A stretch of 62,787 nt of DNA, filler included, from Asterionella formosa (taxonomy: Eukaryota): NCBI GenBank assembly GCA_002256025.1. It is 18 parts of 18 records of this genome, joined end to end, with 100 filler letters (N's around TTAATTAATTAA, not from the genome) between each part and the next. Parts side by side here need not be neighbours in the genome. Positions count along the whole stretch, not along the records: positions 1 to 29,567 come from NKIB01000999.1; positions 29,668 to 31,524 come from NKIB01001009.1; positions 31,625 to 33,480 come from NKIB01001010.1; positions 33,581 to 35,436 come from NKIB01001011.1; 14 more parts are not named here. One strand, given 5' to 3'. The notes beneath the pieces are model-generated. The model ran no database searches and was not told the origin of the DNA. It worked only from the letters and a program-made list of their open reading frames with translations. This document shows positions 22,139 through 33,608 of this stretch, piece after piece. How positions within the stretch are numbered: position 1 is the first letter of the stretch; every line of letters starts with the position of its first letter. Made by a program: the position numbers and the translations under genes.

Positions 22139-24883
22139 TTATATCTGCACAATTGGAGAGGCCGGATTGCTTTTTCTTGATATGGCAGCAATTGCAGGCT
22201 GAACCTTCTCATGAACGTGGAAACCATTTTCACGACATAATTGCAAGGCTTCCTCAAGCTCCGTCTCATGTTCAGGGGTCAATAGTTTAAAGTAAAATGT
22301 GTAGGTATGAAACGAAGGACGAAATTTCTCTCGGTGGATTCGGCGAAAAACCTTGGTGCCAACTTCGAAGGCTTCGTCGGCCTCTTCAGGTCTTGACTTG
22401 CAACATGTCCAAAGTATGTTATTCATAATAATGATGGATCCATCAATTTTACGGTCATCCATCTCCTTCAACAAATTCCACACTACGAGAGCCTTGCGGG
22501 GGATCTCACTGTTTGATATCAATGAAATGATGGGTAGATATGTAAATGCATTAGGGCTGACACTGTGGTTTCCTGCGGCTTCAAGCTTCTTCATTTCATC
22601 AAGAATTGCATATCCTCTTTCCAATGCGTCATTTTCACGGCTTTTTGACCACGCACTCAGTAATGCCGAGTATGACACAACATTTGGCTTGCACGTATTG
22701 TCTCCTGCTTCATAGCGGCTCTTCATGTCATCCATATAATATTGTGCTCTGAAGGCCGCGTTTAGTTCACGGCTCTTGGCAAATGCTGATATCAAAGACG
22801 AGAACGTCCATGCATCAGGCTTGAAGTGCAACTCGTTGCCATACCCTTCCATTCGTTTAAAACATGCTTCGGCCTTTGTCCCGGCTTGGTGATCCCCGCT
22901 GTTGCTCCATGCCGATATAACTGTATTGATGGAAATATTATCAGGCTTCCAATCTTCTTTTCCATCTCGATACCCAGAAATCATTCGATCTAGCGTTTCT
23001 TGGGCTTTTTGTGCTCGTTTGTTTCTCCCATACACATCCAAAAGTGCGTTAAACGTCTTGACATTGGGCGCTAACTCTGGTTGCCCCAAAATTTCGGATC
23101 TTTCTTTCATCCTTCTGACGAGGGCTTCTGCACGTTCAATTGATTCAGGCTTCCCACTTCGTGCCCAAGCAATAATGGCAGTTGTGTATTGATGAGAAGC
23201 CAGGACGAGTCCACCCTTTTCCATTTCGTCCAAAAGAACTTCCACTCGTTCGGGGGCTTGGGGATTTCCACTTCGTGCCCAGGCATCCAATACACATGTG
23301 TACGTATAATGGTTTGGTTTATATTCCACCTCTCCAGTTTCCGTATACAACGCATTTAGTTCCTTTAACATACTGTCAGCTCGTTCGGCAGCACCCTTGG
23401 CCTTGGACTTTGCCCAACAATTCAAGACAGTAGCGTACGTCGGTGCATTGGGTTTGACATTTGGATTTCCAGCTCGATGTAATTCCTTCATTCGATTCAA
23501 AATAGCTTCAGCACGTGGAGCACCATTTGTGGGATCTCGGCTCCAGGCATTAATGACGCAGGCAAAGCCTATTGTGTCGGGTGCTATTGAACTATTCCCC
23601 GTGGACACGGCCAACCGTTGCATGGTCTCTAACAAAGCTTCTGCTCGTTGTGGTCCATTCCTATCGTTACTTTTGGCCCAAGCATCCAGAAGTGTATTAA
23701 ATACAATGTTGGATGGACACAACCCCGGATCCTGGTTTGTAGCTTCATATCGGTCTAATAAAAGCCGCAAAACTGATTCAGCTTCACGAGCCCTTCCTCT
23801 CCGACCAAAGGCTTGAATGACGCATCCATAAATATATTTATTGGGCTCTGCTGGCAATTGTCCCTGTTTGTGCAATAAATTCATATGTTGAAAAATGGAA
23901 AAACAACGTTCACAAGCATTGGGATCTGAACTCTTAGCCCAGGCATTCATAACAATGGAGAATGCAGTAGCATCTGGATTTACCATAAAATGTCGTAAAT
24001 ATCGTTCCACAATTTCGGGAGCAGTTACTTGTCGGCTATTGGCCCAGACGTTCATGAGACATAAATATGTTTTATCAGTGGGAGCTGTATCCATTCCGTA
24101 CTCACTATTTAAATTCTTCATCAATTCTAGGACCGATTCCGCTCGTTGCGGTCCCTCTGGCTCTCCCACATGCGCCAATATAATGGCATTGAACAACACC
24201 ATATCAGGACGTGCGGACAAATGGTGACTCGTCCACGTCCCGTTTTGGATTCTTTGAAGCATGGTACTTGCCAAGGCTGCCGCGTCGTTTCCCTGTTGAA
24301 TGGCAATATCTAATACCATGGTAAATGTTCTAACATCAATTTCAGCTTGTGGGAACACATCTTGATAGCGAAATAAGGTTTCCATAACAGTCCTCGCTGG
24401 ACGGAATGAGCCCGGTGAGTAATGTTCAACCCACGCCATTATGACAGAGGAAACTTCCATACTACCGGTAGCGGGTTGCTGCAGTTTCGTTTGTTGGTGC
24501 TGTTCCAGTACGAGTCTATCCAAAATCGACCATCGCATGTCGTCGGCTGCAAGACCAGGTTGGTGGATCCAATATCGAAGGGCTTGTACAGCCCCGTTGA
24601 AATCCCCAGTGGTCCATTGTCCGACTGGGACCTCCATAATACGATTTACGGAATGTCGCCATACTTGGTCTTGCTGTTGTCGCTCGGCGGTTCCATTGCT
24701 TGGTTCACTCCCATAAGGCATAATCCCGTTGATGGAGGGTGACGAAGGCGATGATGACGATGACGATAGGTACCGAAAACAAGTGCTTCGTCCCTCGAGC
24801 TGATTAATGATGCTACTTAGGCGGCTCTGAGCTGGAAGACATCGAATGCCAGCGGCCCTGATGGCTCTTGATAACGATATCAT
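22139..24883 (-). CDS. Pentatricopeptide repeat (P-class PPR) protein, likely mitochondrial
   Basis: More than 12 repeats of about 35 aa of type P[DN]xxx[YF]xxxxxAWAKS...AExLLxxM. Arg/Ser-rich N-terminal presequence MISLSRAIRAAGIRCL. Confidence 0.92.
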   Translation of the reverse strand: MISLSRAIRAAGIRCLPAQSRLSSIINQLEGRSTCFRYLSSSSSSPSSPSINGIMPYGSEPSNGTAERQQQDQVWRHSVNRIMEVPVGQWTTGDFNGAVQALRYWIHQPGLAADDMRWSILDRLVLEQHQQTKLQQPATGSMEVSSVIMAWVEHYSPGSFRPARTVMETLFRYQDVFPQAEIDVRTFTMVLDIAIQQGNDAAALASTMLQRIQNGTWTSHHLSARPDMVLFNAIILAHVGEPEGPQRAESVLELMKNLNSEYGMDTAPTDKTYLCLMNVWANSRQVTAPEIVERYLRHFMVNPDATAFSIVMNAWAKSSDPNACERCFSIFQHMNLLHKQGQLPAEPNKYIYGCVIQAFGRRGRAREAESVLRLLLDRYEATNQDPGLCPSNIVFNTLLDAWAKSNDRNGPQRAEALLETMQRLAVSTGNSSIAPDTIGFACVINAWSRDPTNGAPRAEAILNRMKELHRAGNPNVKPNAPTYATVLNCWAKSKAKGAAERADSMLKELNALYTETGEVEYKPNHYTYTCVLDAWARSGNPQAPERVEVLLDEMEKGGLVLASHQYTTAIIAWARSGKPESIERAEALVRRMKERSEILGQPELAPNVKTFNALLDVYGRNKRAQKAQETLDRMISGYRDGKEDWKPDNISINTVISAWSNSGDHQAGTKAEACFKRMEGYGNELHFKPDAWTFSSLISAFAKSRELNAAFRAQYYMDDMKSRYEAGDNTCKPNVVSYSALLSAWSKSRENDALERGYAILDEMKKLEAAGNHSVSPNAFTYLPIISLISNSEIPRKALVVWNLLKEMDDRKIDGSIIIMNNILWTCCKSRPEEADEAFEVGTKVFRRIHREKFRPSFHTYTFYFKLLTPEHETELEEALQLCRENGFHVHEKVQPAIAAISRKSNPASPIVQI

Positions 24884-25497
24884 GTTACTGTCTCGTCAAT
24901 ACAAAGAGGAGAGTCATGCATTTGTGTCAAGGTAGGAGAAGGGCGAATGCTGGAAGAGTGATGGTGGGGTGTGGTTGATGGTTGGCTGCACAGGTCTGAT
25001 TTCCACTCAAGAGACACTGTGAAAGCACATTCGCAGTACCTAGTGATGAGACTCATGATTTATTACCGGTACATACGATTTTGTACTGCTTAAGTAAAAT
25101 TCAAAAATTCGTTGACAAGAAGAAGAATGGCTGTCGTGAGAAGAGATCAGCCAAACTTGATGCCGACAAAGAATTAATAAAGGACCTATAATAGAGTGCT
25201 ATTTGAGCCTATCACCAGATTATATTGTTTTCTCACCCAAAAAAAACCTTCTTCGTAGTTGCACATTCAAAATGAGAAAATAAACTATCGATAAAACGTT
25301 CGAAAGATCATAACCTCGGCAAAATCATGGTTTTGAAATAGAATCATACAATGTGGGAGTTAACTGGTCGGACTCACTATCCCCGGTTTGTTTTCTTGCC
25401 TCGTTCTTAGGTTTCAGAATCAGGGTCAGCTCACAAACTTGGCATTCTATTCAAAAACAAACAATCAAAGTGCATTCAGATCAATACTACAGGTAGT

Positions 25498-27831
25498 ATG
25501 CTTCAACTATTAACTATTGCTTCCCTATTCTACCTATTGACAGTAGCAACTGCCAGTGGGATTCGAGGATTGGAGGAAGTTGATGGCATTTATTGTTGTC
25601 TCCGAGTTACTGAGAGTGTTTATCAGAATACGACAACTGGAATTCTTCGCGGCGAGGAAAGCATTTCGTGCGAAACTGATCCAGCTAGTGACCCTATTGG
25701 TGGTGATCCTGGACAACTGTATAAGATCGATTTGCCTGTTGACTTCTTGGCCCACAACAGGGCCCAACTTGCTCAGGGAAAAATGTGCATCAATGTTCCT
25801 GGAGGCACTGCCATTCAAGATGACTACCTTGGAAATCAAATTCTGATTCCAAAAGGTGCTACACTTTCAATTGTCAACCCCTCTGACTATCACAGGAGTC
25901 GTCGTATGGTTCTCAAGACCACCGGAGTCTCAACGGTATTGGTGTTGCTCATTGACACTCCTTACAACACTCAGCCTTCCGCTGCTTCTAATGTGTCCAA
26001 ATATATTTTTGGGAAGGACTCTCCGACAACTGCAACTGTATTTCGCGATTGTTCGAGGGGAGCAAAGATTATTGTGCCTGCCACTGGACAAGGAATTACA
26101 AATGGAGTAGCAAGGATGACATTTGCTTTCAATTTCGACACCTTCAACCGTGATACATCGCTAGGGAAGATCATCGTCAAAGCAGAAGGTGAGAAATTCT
26201 GTTTGCATATTCCACGAGAAAAAGAGTGTAATGTCCAGCTATCTCACCAACCCTTTTGTCAATAAGCGGTCTATGGTAAATTTGGAACAGGAAGTGCAGG
26301 GACTATTGACAACCTCATAATCTGCTTTCCCAAGGCGACACCCTTCAATAACTTTGTTAGTGCGGCATATGTTGGTGGCGCCATCTCTTGGTACGCAGAA
26401 CAGATTTGTGAGCGAGTCTCTTTGACTGCGCATGAACTTGGACATAACTTCGGGCTCCTTCATAGCAGTATAGGCGATGCAAAATGTAAGTTTCGAAAGA
26501 TATCCTTTGCAAACCTTTAACATGATGGGTGAACAGAAAGTCTCATCACAGTATTCTTCTTCAAACGCACGCGGAATCATCCAGACGGAGATAATTCTGG
26601 ATTCATGGGCGCCGGAACGTTTATCAAACATTTCCCGGCGAAATGCTTTAATGCTGAAAACCGTAAGTACCGGATATAAAATAATGTGAGCAACCTCAAA
26701 CCACTCCAAGTTGACCAAATATGTATGAACCTCTCCACAGATTGGATTCTTGGGTGGTACAAGAACAGGAGAATTGATGTAAACCCCTCGTCGACCGGGG
26801 CTTGGAAAGGTACCATTACTGCATTCACTGACACCGGCGGCAGCTATGTTCTTGTCAAGTTGCACAATCTTTACATGCAGTACAACAAAGCCAAATCATT
26901 CAACTTTCAAACCGAAACGGGTGCTAACAAGCTTGTTATCGTCATGAAACGAGACTCGGGCACATTCCTCCAAGCGGAACTTGATTCGTCTAACCCAAAG
27001 TTCACCTATACATTCAGCGGCAAAACATACGTTATCGAGGTGTGTAAACAATATGTGTCTGGTCTTGTTGACATGATAGACATGAGTATTGTTGATTCTA
27101 CCGCCGGCCAATCAAGAGTCTGTCAAGGTACAATCCCTATTGTAACAGGGGCTTGTTTCTCAGGAAAAAATACGATCCAAGTTAGAGATAAGGGCACCAT
27201 CATGATGCAAGACCTAAAGATCGGCGATGAGATCCTGGTTGCGAAAAATACGTACGACAAAGTCTACAGCTTTGGGCATCGTCACGAATCTACAACCGCT
27301 GAGTTTCTACAGTTCCTTCCATCAGGGCTGGAGATCACTAATGACCACATGGTCGTAATTGAAGGCGGATGCAGAGTTCCAGCGTCGTCGATTCAAGTCG
27401 GGGATCGGCTTCAGCTAGGAACAGGCGAACTTGACACTGTAACACAGATCAATATGGTCAGTCGAAACGGAGTCTATGCACCATTCACGTTCTCCGGAAA
27501 CATTGTCGCGAGTGACGTCATGGCCTCAAATTATATCGCCTTCCAAGATTCAGATCGTCTCATTGTCGGAAACTGGAAGACGCCGATGACGTTTCAATGG
27601 CTTGCACATTTATCCCAATCACCTCACCGAATATTCACTCGTCTATTCTCAGCAACGATTGATGAAACATACACAGCCGAAGGGATATCGACATGGATTG
27701 AAATTCCACAAAAGATGGGCAAATGGTGGCTGAGCCAAAATAACTTCGTCATGATGTTGCTGTTGATTCCTGTGCTAGCGCTGTTCCTCATATTTTCCAT
27801 GGTAGAAATGCTCCTCTCACTCTTCACGTAA
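25498..27831 (+). CDS. Secreted M11 (gametolysin-like) zinc metalloprotease fused to a Hedgehog-type Hint/Hog domain and a C-terminal TM; exons 25498-26188, 26267-26485, 26585-26662, 26741-27831
   Basis: Signal peptide and basic RSRR pro-site. Three phase-1 GT-AG introns give HELGHNFGLLH (HExxHxxGxxH), YGDNSGFMG (Met-turn) and CFNAENHWILGWY. Then GA|CFSG (Cys at 27154), LKIGD, ITNDH, GVYAPFTFSGNIVASDVMASNY, AHLSQSPHR and the hydrophobic tail FVMMLLLIPVLALFLIFSMV. Confidence 0.88.
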
Positions 27832-28573
27832 CTCCATTGCACAAAAGACTCTTCCGAGAAATGAATTGGATGTCGAATAGATACAGGTAATGTGTCTGCC
27901 CGTCTGTTTTGTCCACGCTCGTACTAATTTCACAGTGCTTATATAAATATCCCGGTATTCATATTCATTTCACGTAGTCTAGTTTATTACTCTCTTATCT
28001 ACTCTTACATGTTCGGTACCGGTAGATTATTGTCACATCATGACGAAAGCATACCGTATGCTGCCGGACACAGAAGTACAGTTACCAATTGTTCATACTT
28101 CTACTATTATAATGTATGCTCTATAAATTTATTACATTCCCTGTTGGAAATACATACTGCTGGTAGCAGTAGGAAGCTCCCCATTAGATCCATTCACTTC
28201 AAGTAAAGGCACAGACATATGTATATCATCACCATACTAATGTTCCTGTTCACCATTGAATTATGATATGAGAGGCATGCTCCAATATTACTCTGACAGT
28301 CTGATATGTCTGTTACTAGGCTGTCGATGCCTAGTAACTGGACAGTACATATTATACTATGACACTGTATTTTATCAGCATGATGTAGGCTAGTAGTAGA
28401 AAATCATTCAAAACGAAGGGAGGCATGCGAAAGAGCTTGACTGGCCGGGTCATTCCAGGGCAGTGCTGTGTATCATACATATATGATATACCTGATGGGT
28501 GGAGGAAAAAGCCCAACTAATTTTGGTGTTGGGCTAGACTGGTGTTAAATATATTTACTCCTTCCCACATGCA

Positions 28574-28638
28574 GGTATCTCCTTACATAGAAGTTACATG
28601 TTGTAGGTATCTCCTTACATAGAAGTTACATGTTGTAG
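28574..28638. repeat. Short tandem duplication of about 32 bp
   Basis: GGTATCTCCTTACATAGAAGTTACATGTTGTA occurs twice in tandem. Confidence 0.85.
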
Positions 28639-30127
28639 TTCTAGTAGTACTTCTACCTATTGTTGCTAGCCTTCTCGCCACTTTCCCTTTTCTCTGATGC
28701 AAACCTTCTGCTGATTGATCTGCACCACCATCAATCTCATTACTAGTTCTTGAAATTGGAATGCTCCATTTGATTCATCAGACCATAATCGAGTCCACAA
28801 TTCTCGTGACTGATAATAGCCATTGATACTATGTACCAGTATATTCTTGACACCTCGCGTGCTCAAAAGCAAAGAAGGTTGAAAAAAAGACTAAGTAAAT
28901 AGAGGTGGCACAGACGCATCGCACAATGGATGCGGTTGCACCTGGGAGGACTGTCAGTTGGAAGTGCCTGGTGCTAGTACCGCAAATGTATGTGCAGGAA
29001 TTGTGTGGTTGCGCCGTTGTTGTGCAGCACACAGTTCTGCATTTTTGTGACAAGAAGCGGAAGTCTGTCTTGTTTGGTTGATCCTCTTGTGCCCGCAGTT
29101 GCTTCATCAGAGAAGTCATCAGCTTTGGAGCTGCAGCCGCTGCAACGGGCCAGGAGTTGTTTTTGGGTTTCCCACCCCCCACCCTAAATGATACTATATC
29201 AACTACATACCTGAAGATGACAGGTAACTACTACAGAAGAATGGATCTATACAAAGGAAAATCAATGGAAAACTTGGGAAGCTAAAATGGCATCTCAGAG
29301 AGTGGTATGTGTGATAAAGCGGCTCTTGGGATCTTACATCTAAGACGCGAAATACGCCACTTTTCGAAATTTCGTCTACGTATGAGTGTTAATTATGTGG
29401 TACTTCACATGCATTAATGCCACTCTTCACGTAAAAAAGATTACTTTTAACTGTTTTATGTGAAGTTTTAACTGTTTCATGTGAAGTTTTCACAATGAAT
29501 TTTGAACGCGAGACTGAATTAGTTGATGTTTCAAATAATTCATTTGACTTTTCGAAATTTCGTTTACNNNNNNNNNNNNNNNNNNNNNNNNNNNNNNNNN
29601 NNNNNNNNNNNTTAATTAATTAANNNNNNNNNNNNNNNNNNNNNNNNNNNNNNNNNNNNNNNNNNNNAAAGCCAAATCAAGCTGACATCCTCCATGGCCA
29701 GAAGAGATTCCTTGCACGCCAATTTTACAATACCAAGCCAAGAATCGTCCTTATTTCAAAGTGCACGGCTTTGCTACGAAAGTGAGTGATAACAGGCAGC
29801 TATTAGAGTTGGAACGATTAGTAGCAGTAGGATCGGTTGCAGCGGCTACAGCCAAAAAATGTGGTAGTACTCATAGAAGAAGTATAAACGTACGTTCCGC
29901 TTTGGATCAGTTTAATGAGTTTCTTCTGTTGTCACTGTGATACATGCCATTAAGTTTAACTTTTTTTTCTTCAATAGTTGCATCAAAAGTTGATGGTTTG
30001 CCAAAGGTCGAGAGAATTAATCTATGATACTTTTTTCCTTGTCCTGCTAACATAATGAAACTCTGCAGTGTCTGGAAATGCATGAACAATTATTATACAC
30101 TTACTGTTATCTTTGCAACAATGCAAA

Positions 30128-31524
30128 TCAAGAATCAGAACTCTCCTGTAGAGACCGACACCGTGAGGCGCGCTCATCAATCGTCACAACTTTTTGCAGC
30201 TGCTGCTGACTTTCTCGGTTGAGGATGCTGGCGCGAATGGCAGCCACCGACGATCTGGCATGTGAGCCTTCCTGACTATTACGTCTAGATTTATGATTAT
30301 TCCAGTACTGGTTCAATTGGTCTTTGTCGATCCGCGTGGATCTTTTCCAGTATTTTGGGACAAACAGTGGAACCAGCACAGCAAAACAAACGATGGTGAT
30401 GACGACTGAGGTAACCACAAATGATGCAGACGGAGAATCAAGTGTCAAGAAAGTTATGGGAAGCCCCAGCAACATGGCTTCCAATATACTCGCCATTGAC
30501 AAAGCAACGTAAACGCTTTCATTAAAGTCACTCGGCACGTGTCTTGCCAAATAACTTTGATAGTTAGCGAAGATGACCATTAACATGTTGATCAAGAAGA
30601 GAGTTAGCGCGAAGGCAAATTGAGGTGAACTTCCTGTGGCCCAGCAGGTTCCATAGGATTCCACCCTTCGACCGAAAGAGTCGAAGTTGTCAACAAGTAC
30701 TCGAGTCCATTGCAAGGGGGCGACAATGGTCCATGTCAGGAGTACCGCATAGTTGATGAAAAAGGGAAGTCCTACAATCCAGAACACGTCTTTTGCTTTG
30801 ATGTCGGTGCGACGCATTTTACCTGATATTTGAAATATCCTATTGATTCGCCACTGCTTCGCCAAAAGAGAAGAAAATGCAGTTACGAAGCCTGTTGAAA
30901 AAACCCAAGGGATTGCCATGCAGGACGCATCAAGGCCATTTACTGGTTCCTGGAGGCTGAGTGGAATAACTGTGCATGCCATGATGAATGTACCAACACA
31001 GAGCTGACAAAGGAATATGGGTTGAGCCGCACGAATGATGGGATTCTTGCGTTTTTTAATTGTCCAATACATGCACCAAGATGAGAAAAAAATCACTAGC
31101 GCAGCCAATACCCAGCCAAATACTTGAAGGCCTCTGGGAATCAAATTCATATTCATGTTGTATGCTGGTAGTGAAGGGGGAGCAATCAATCCATAGTCAG
31201 CATAGACAAATGGCTCAAGGATGGTTAATTTCCCATTTACCACCTCGATTGCAGGAATCACGTCAAACTCAATTGTTTCAGCGGTCGAGCGCTTCTCATT
31301 CTTGACCAAGTTGTTAACAACATAAATCACGTTTTCTGACCTTCGTGTGCCTGTTTGAGGATCAAAGCTCACAGATCCCGACGCACCCTCAAACGATGTC
31401 TTCTTGACTTGATCATACAGTTCTTGCCCTGTAAAGAATTCATTTTGAGCCTCGCATGCCGCTATACCAAGCGCAATAACAGCATCGTAATTCGTGTGTT
31501 CATAAGGTCCTTTTGTAACTTCTG
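30128..31524 (-). CDS. Class C (GABA-B-like) G-protein-coupled receptor, 5'-partial
   Basis: The ORF runs from the contig edge. Venus-flytrap C-terminal motifs YDAVIAL and FEGASGSVSFD, then 7 TM helices with IIRAAQPIFL, C.AIPW...GF...FSSLLAKQWRINRIF and ARHVPSDFNES. Confidence 0.85.
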
Positions 31525-32223
31525 NNNNNNNNNNNNNNNNNNNNNNNNNNNNNNNNNNNNNNNNNNNNTTAATTAATTAANNNNNNNNNNNNNNNNNNNN
31601 NNNNNNNNNNNNNNNNNNNNNNNNAGTCAACGAGTTGCTTATTGTCATCTGGAAAAAGGAATCGTCTGCGAAATCGGAGTTTGCATCTAACATGCTGAGA
31701 AGACCTTTGTCCCTGGTCTTTTGATATCAAGTGTCCTATTTGTTCAGACAAGTCAATCCAAAATTGATGTCAGGGACTAATGGATGATGAGGATTTAGCT
31801 TGCAAGACCCGCCATTGTTGCATGTATATAGAAAAAAGACGCGAACACTCGAAATCCCAATCTGGAATCCAAACTGGGTACTTTTCGGCTTCTGTGAATC
31901 CGGTCGGTCGGGTTGGTTTATTAAACGGAAATCAGGGCCCTTCTCATCATTTTTTTCGAGTATCACGGAATTTTTGTGAAAATGTATCAGCAACGGTAAC
32001 TCGATTTGAACTGAATTTCATTTATTCCAAAAGTTTCACTGTATCACTAATTTGTGATCACATTGTATCATAGAGTAACATTGGTCTTCAACGGCAACTG
32101 GCTGGCGACGATCATGTGTATACCCCTCCAGAATATAATGATGGTCTTGATATCAAGCAGCAACATAAAATATAATTACCGGGAAACTATATATTGTATT
32201 AGTAACACACCATTGCATGAATC

Positions 32224-33480
32224 ATGCCGTTGCCATTTGATTTACTTGATGATAATGATGATGACAGTAGTAATCTTGATTTCTTCTTCCTCTGTCATTT
32301 ATCTAAGGAAGCAGAGGAAAAAGAACACTCATCCAAACGACACAGGCGACGCTGTAAACGGCAGCTTCAGTCATCCGAACGACGACGACAACGAAGGCAC
32401 AAGTGGCACCACGAAAGAATCTCCTGGCAATAACATGTCAAGAAACTCAATCACGAGATTGCTTTCGAGAAGACATACAGAATGTCACACAGAGCATTCA
32501 AAAAATCACCTCCATGCTGGAAATTCAGATTGCAGGGAATTATTTCAAATGTGGCACTTCTGAGCCCATAATTCCCGAAATTGTGGTAGCCATTGGTTTG
32601 CGATGGCTGGCTGGTGGCAGCTATATCGACATTCGTCATGCCTACGGTTTTAGCATTGCTTCACTTTATCGATGTCGTGATTTATTCATTGATGCTGTAC
32701 TAAACTGTGAAGAACTCGAAATTATTTTTCCAAAAGAAAAAGAAGAATTTATCAAATTGGCTTCCAGCTTTGAATGCAAAAGCTCAGAGGGCATGATGAG
32801 AGGATGTGTTGGTGCTATTGACGGCTTCCTAGCCACCATCAACCGCCCGACTATAGTTGAAAGTGGCAACAACCCTGGTTCATTTTTTTCGGTCACTACA
32901 TGACTTATGGAATCAATGTCCAGACTGTTTGTGATGCTGACTCAAGATTTATTTATTTTGGTGTGATTGCACCGGGAAAATGCAGTGACCAAGTAGCTTT
33001 TGAACGAAGTTCCATTTTCGATCCAGTTGCAGCATTCAACACAGGTTTTTATCTGGTCGGCGATGCAGCTTACACATTGTCTGATATAATGCTTGTTCCC
33101 TTTGTTGTCTCACAACGTGATGATCCAACACAGGATACATTTAACTTGTCCCTTTAACAGCTGAGGATAAGAATAGAAATGGCATTTGGTCTTCTTCAGA
33201 CAAAATGGTGTGTTCTGAAAAAAAACCTATCGACAAGCTTGGAAACATCTGCACGCATTCTTGATTCATGTGCTCGACTTCATAACTATGTGATTAATGA
33301 GAAGATAATTGATAACGAGATTATGGATGATAATCGAATACTTACAGAGATAGTTCCAGTCAGTTTGTCACCCCTTGGTTGGGGCTACTTGCCAACTGTG
33401 GAACCATTGTGTATATTGCCTGGAAGCTCTGTGATGCGAGATGTGATTCTTACCAGATTGCAAACCTTGGGCTTGCAACA
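32224..33480 (+). mobile_element. PIF/Harbinger DDE_Tnp_4 (HARBI1-like) transposase, frameshifted with internal stops
   Basis: LRWLAGGSYIDI, GCVGAIDG, YGINVQTVCDADSRF, PGKCSD, YLVGDAAY, FNLSL*QLRIRIEMAFGLLQTKW and CARLHNYVI, split over several frames. Confidence 0.9.
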
Positions 33481-33608
33481 NNNNNNNNNNNNNNNNNNNN
33501 NNNNNNNNNNNNNNNNNNNNNNNNTTAATTAATTAANNNNNNNNNNNNNNNNNNNNNNNNNNNNNNNNNNNNNNNNNNNNGGTGCATTTGTTGTTGATTG
33601 TTGCATAA

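Noticed and set aside
22353..24742. Multiple plus-strand ORFs within the PPR gene
   Set aside because: Antisense shadows of a long coding sequence.
26239..26865. 208-aa minus-strand ORF and the 26477-26689 ORF
   Set aside because: They are shadows of the spliced plus-strand M11 exons and introns.
27154..27540. Hint domain as a mobile intein
   Set aside because: It has no C-terminal His-Asn plus nucleophile splice junction and no homing endonuclease. The motifs and downstream SRR-like/TM region match the Hedgehog/Hog type.
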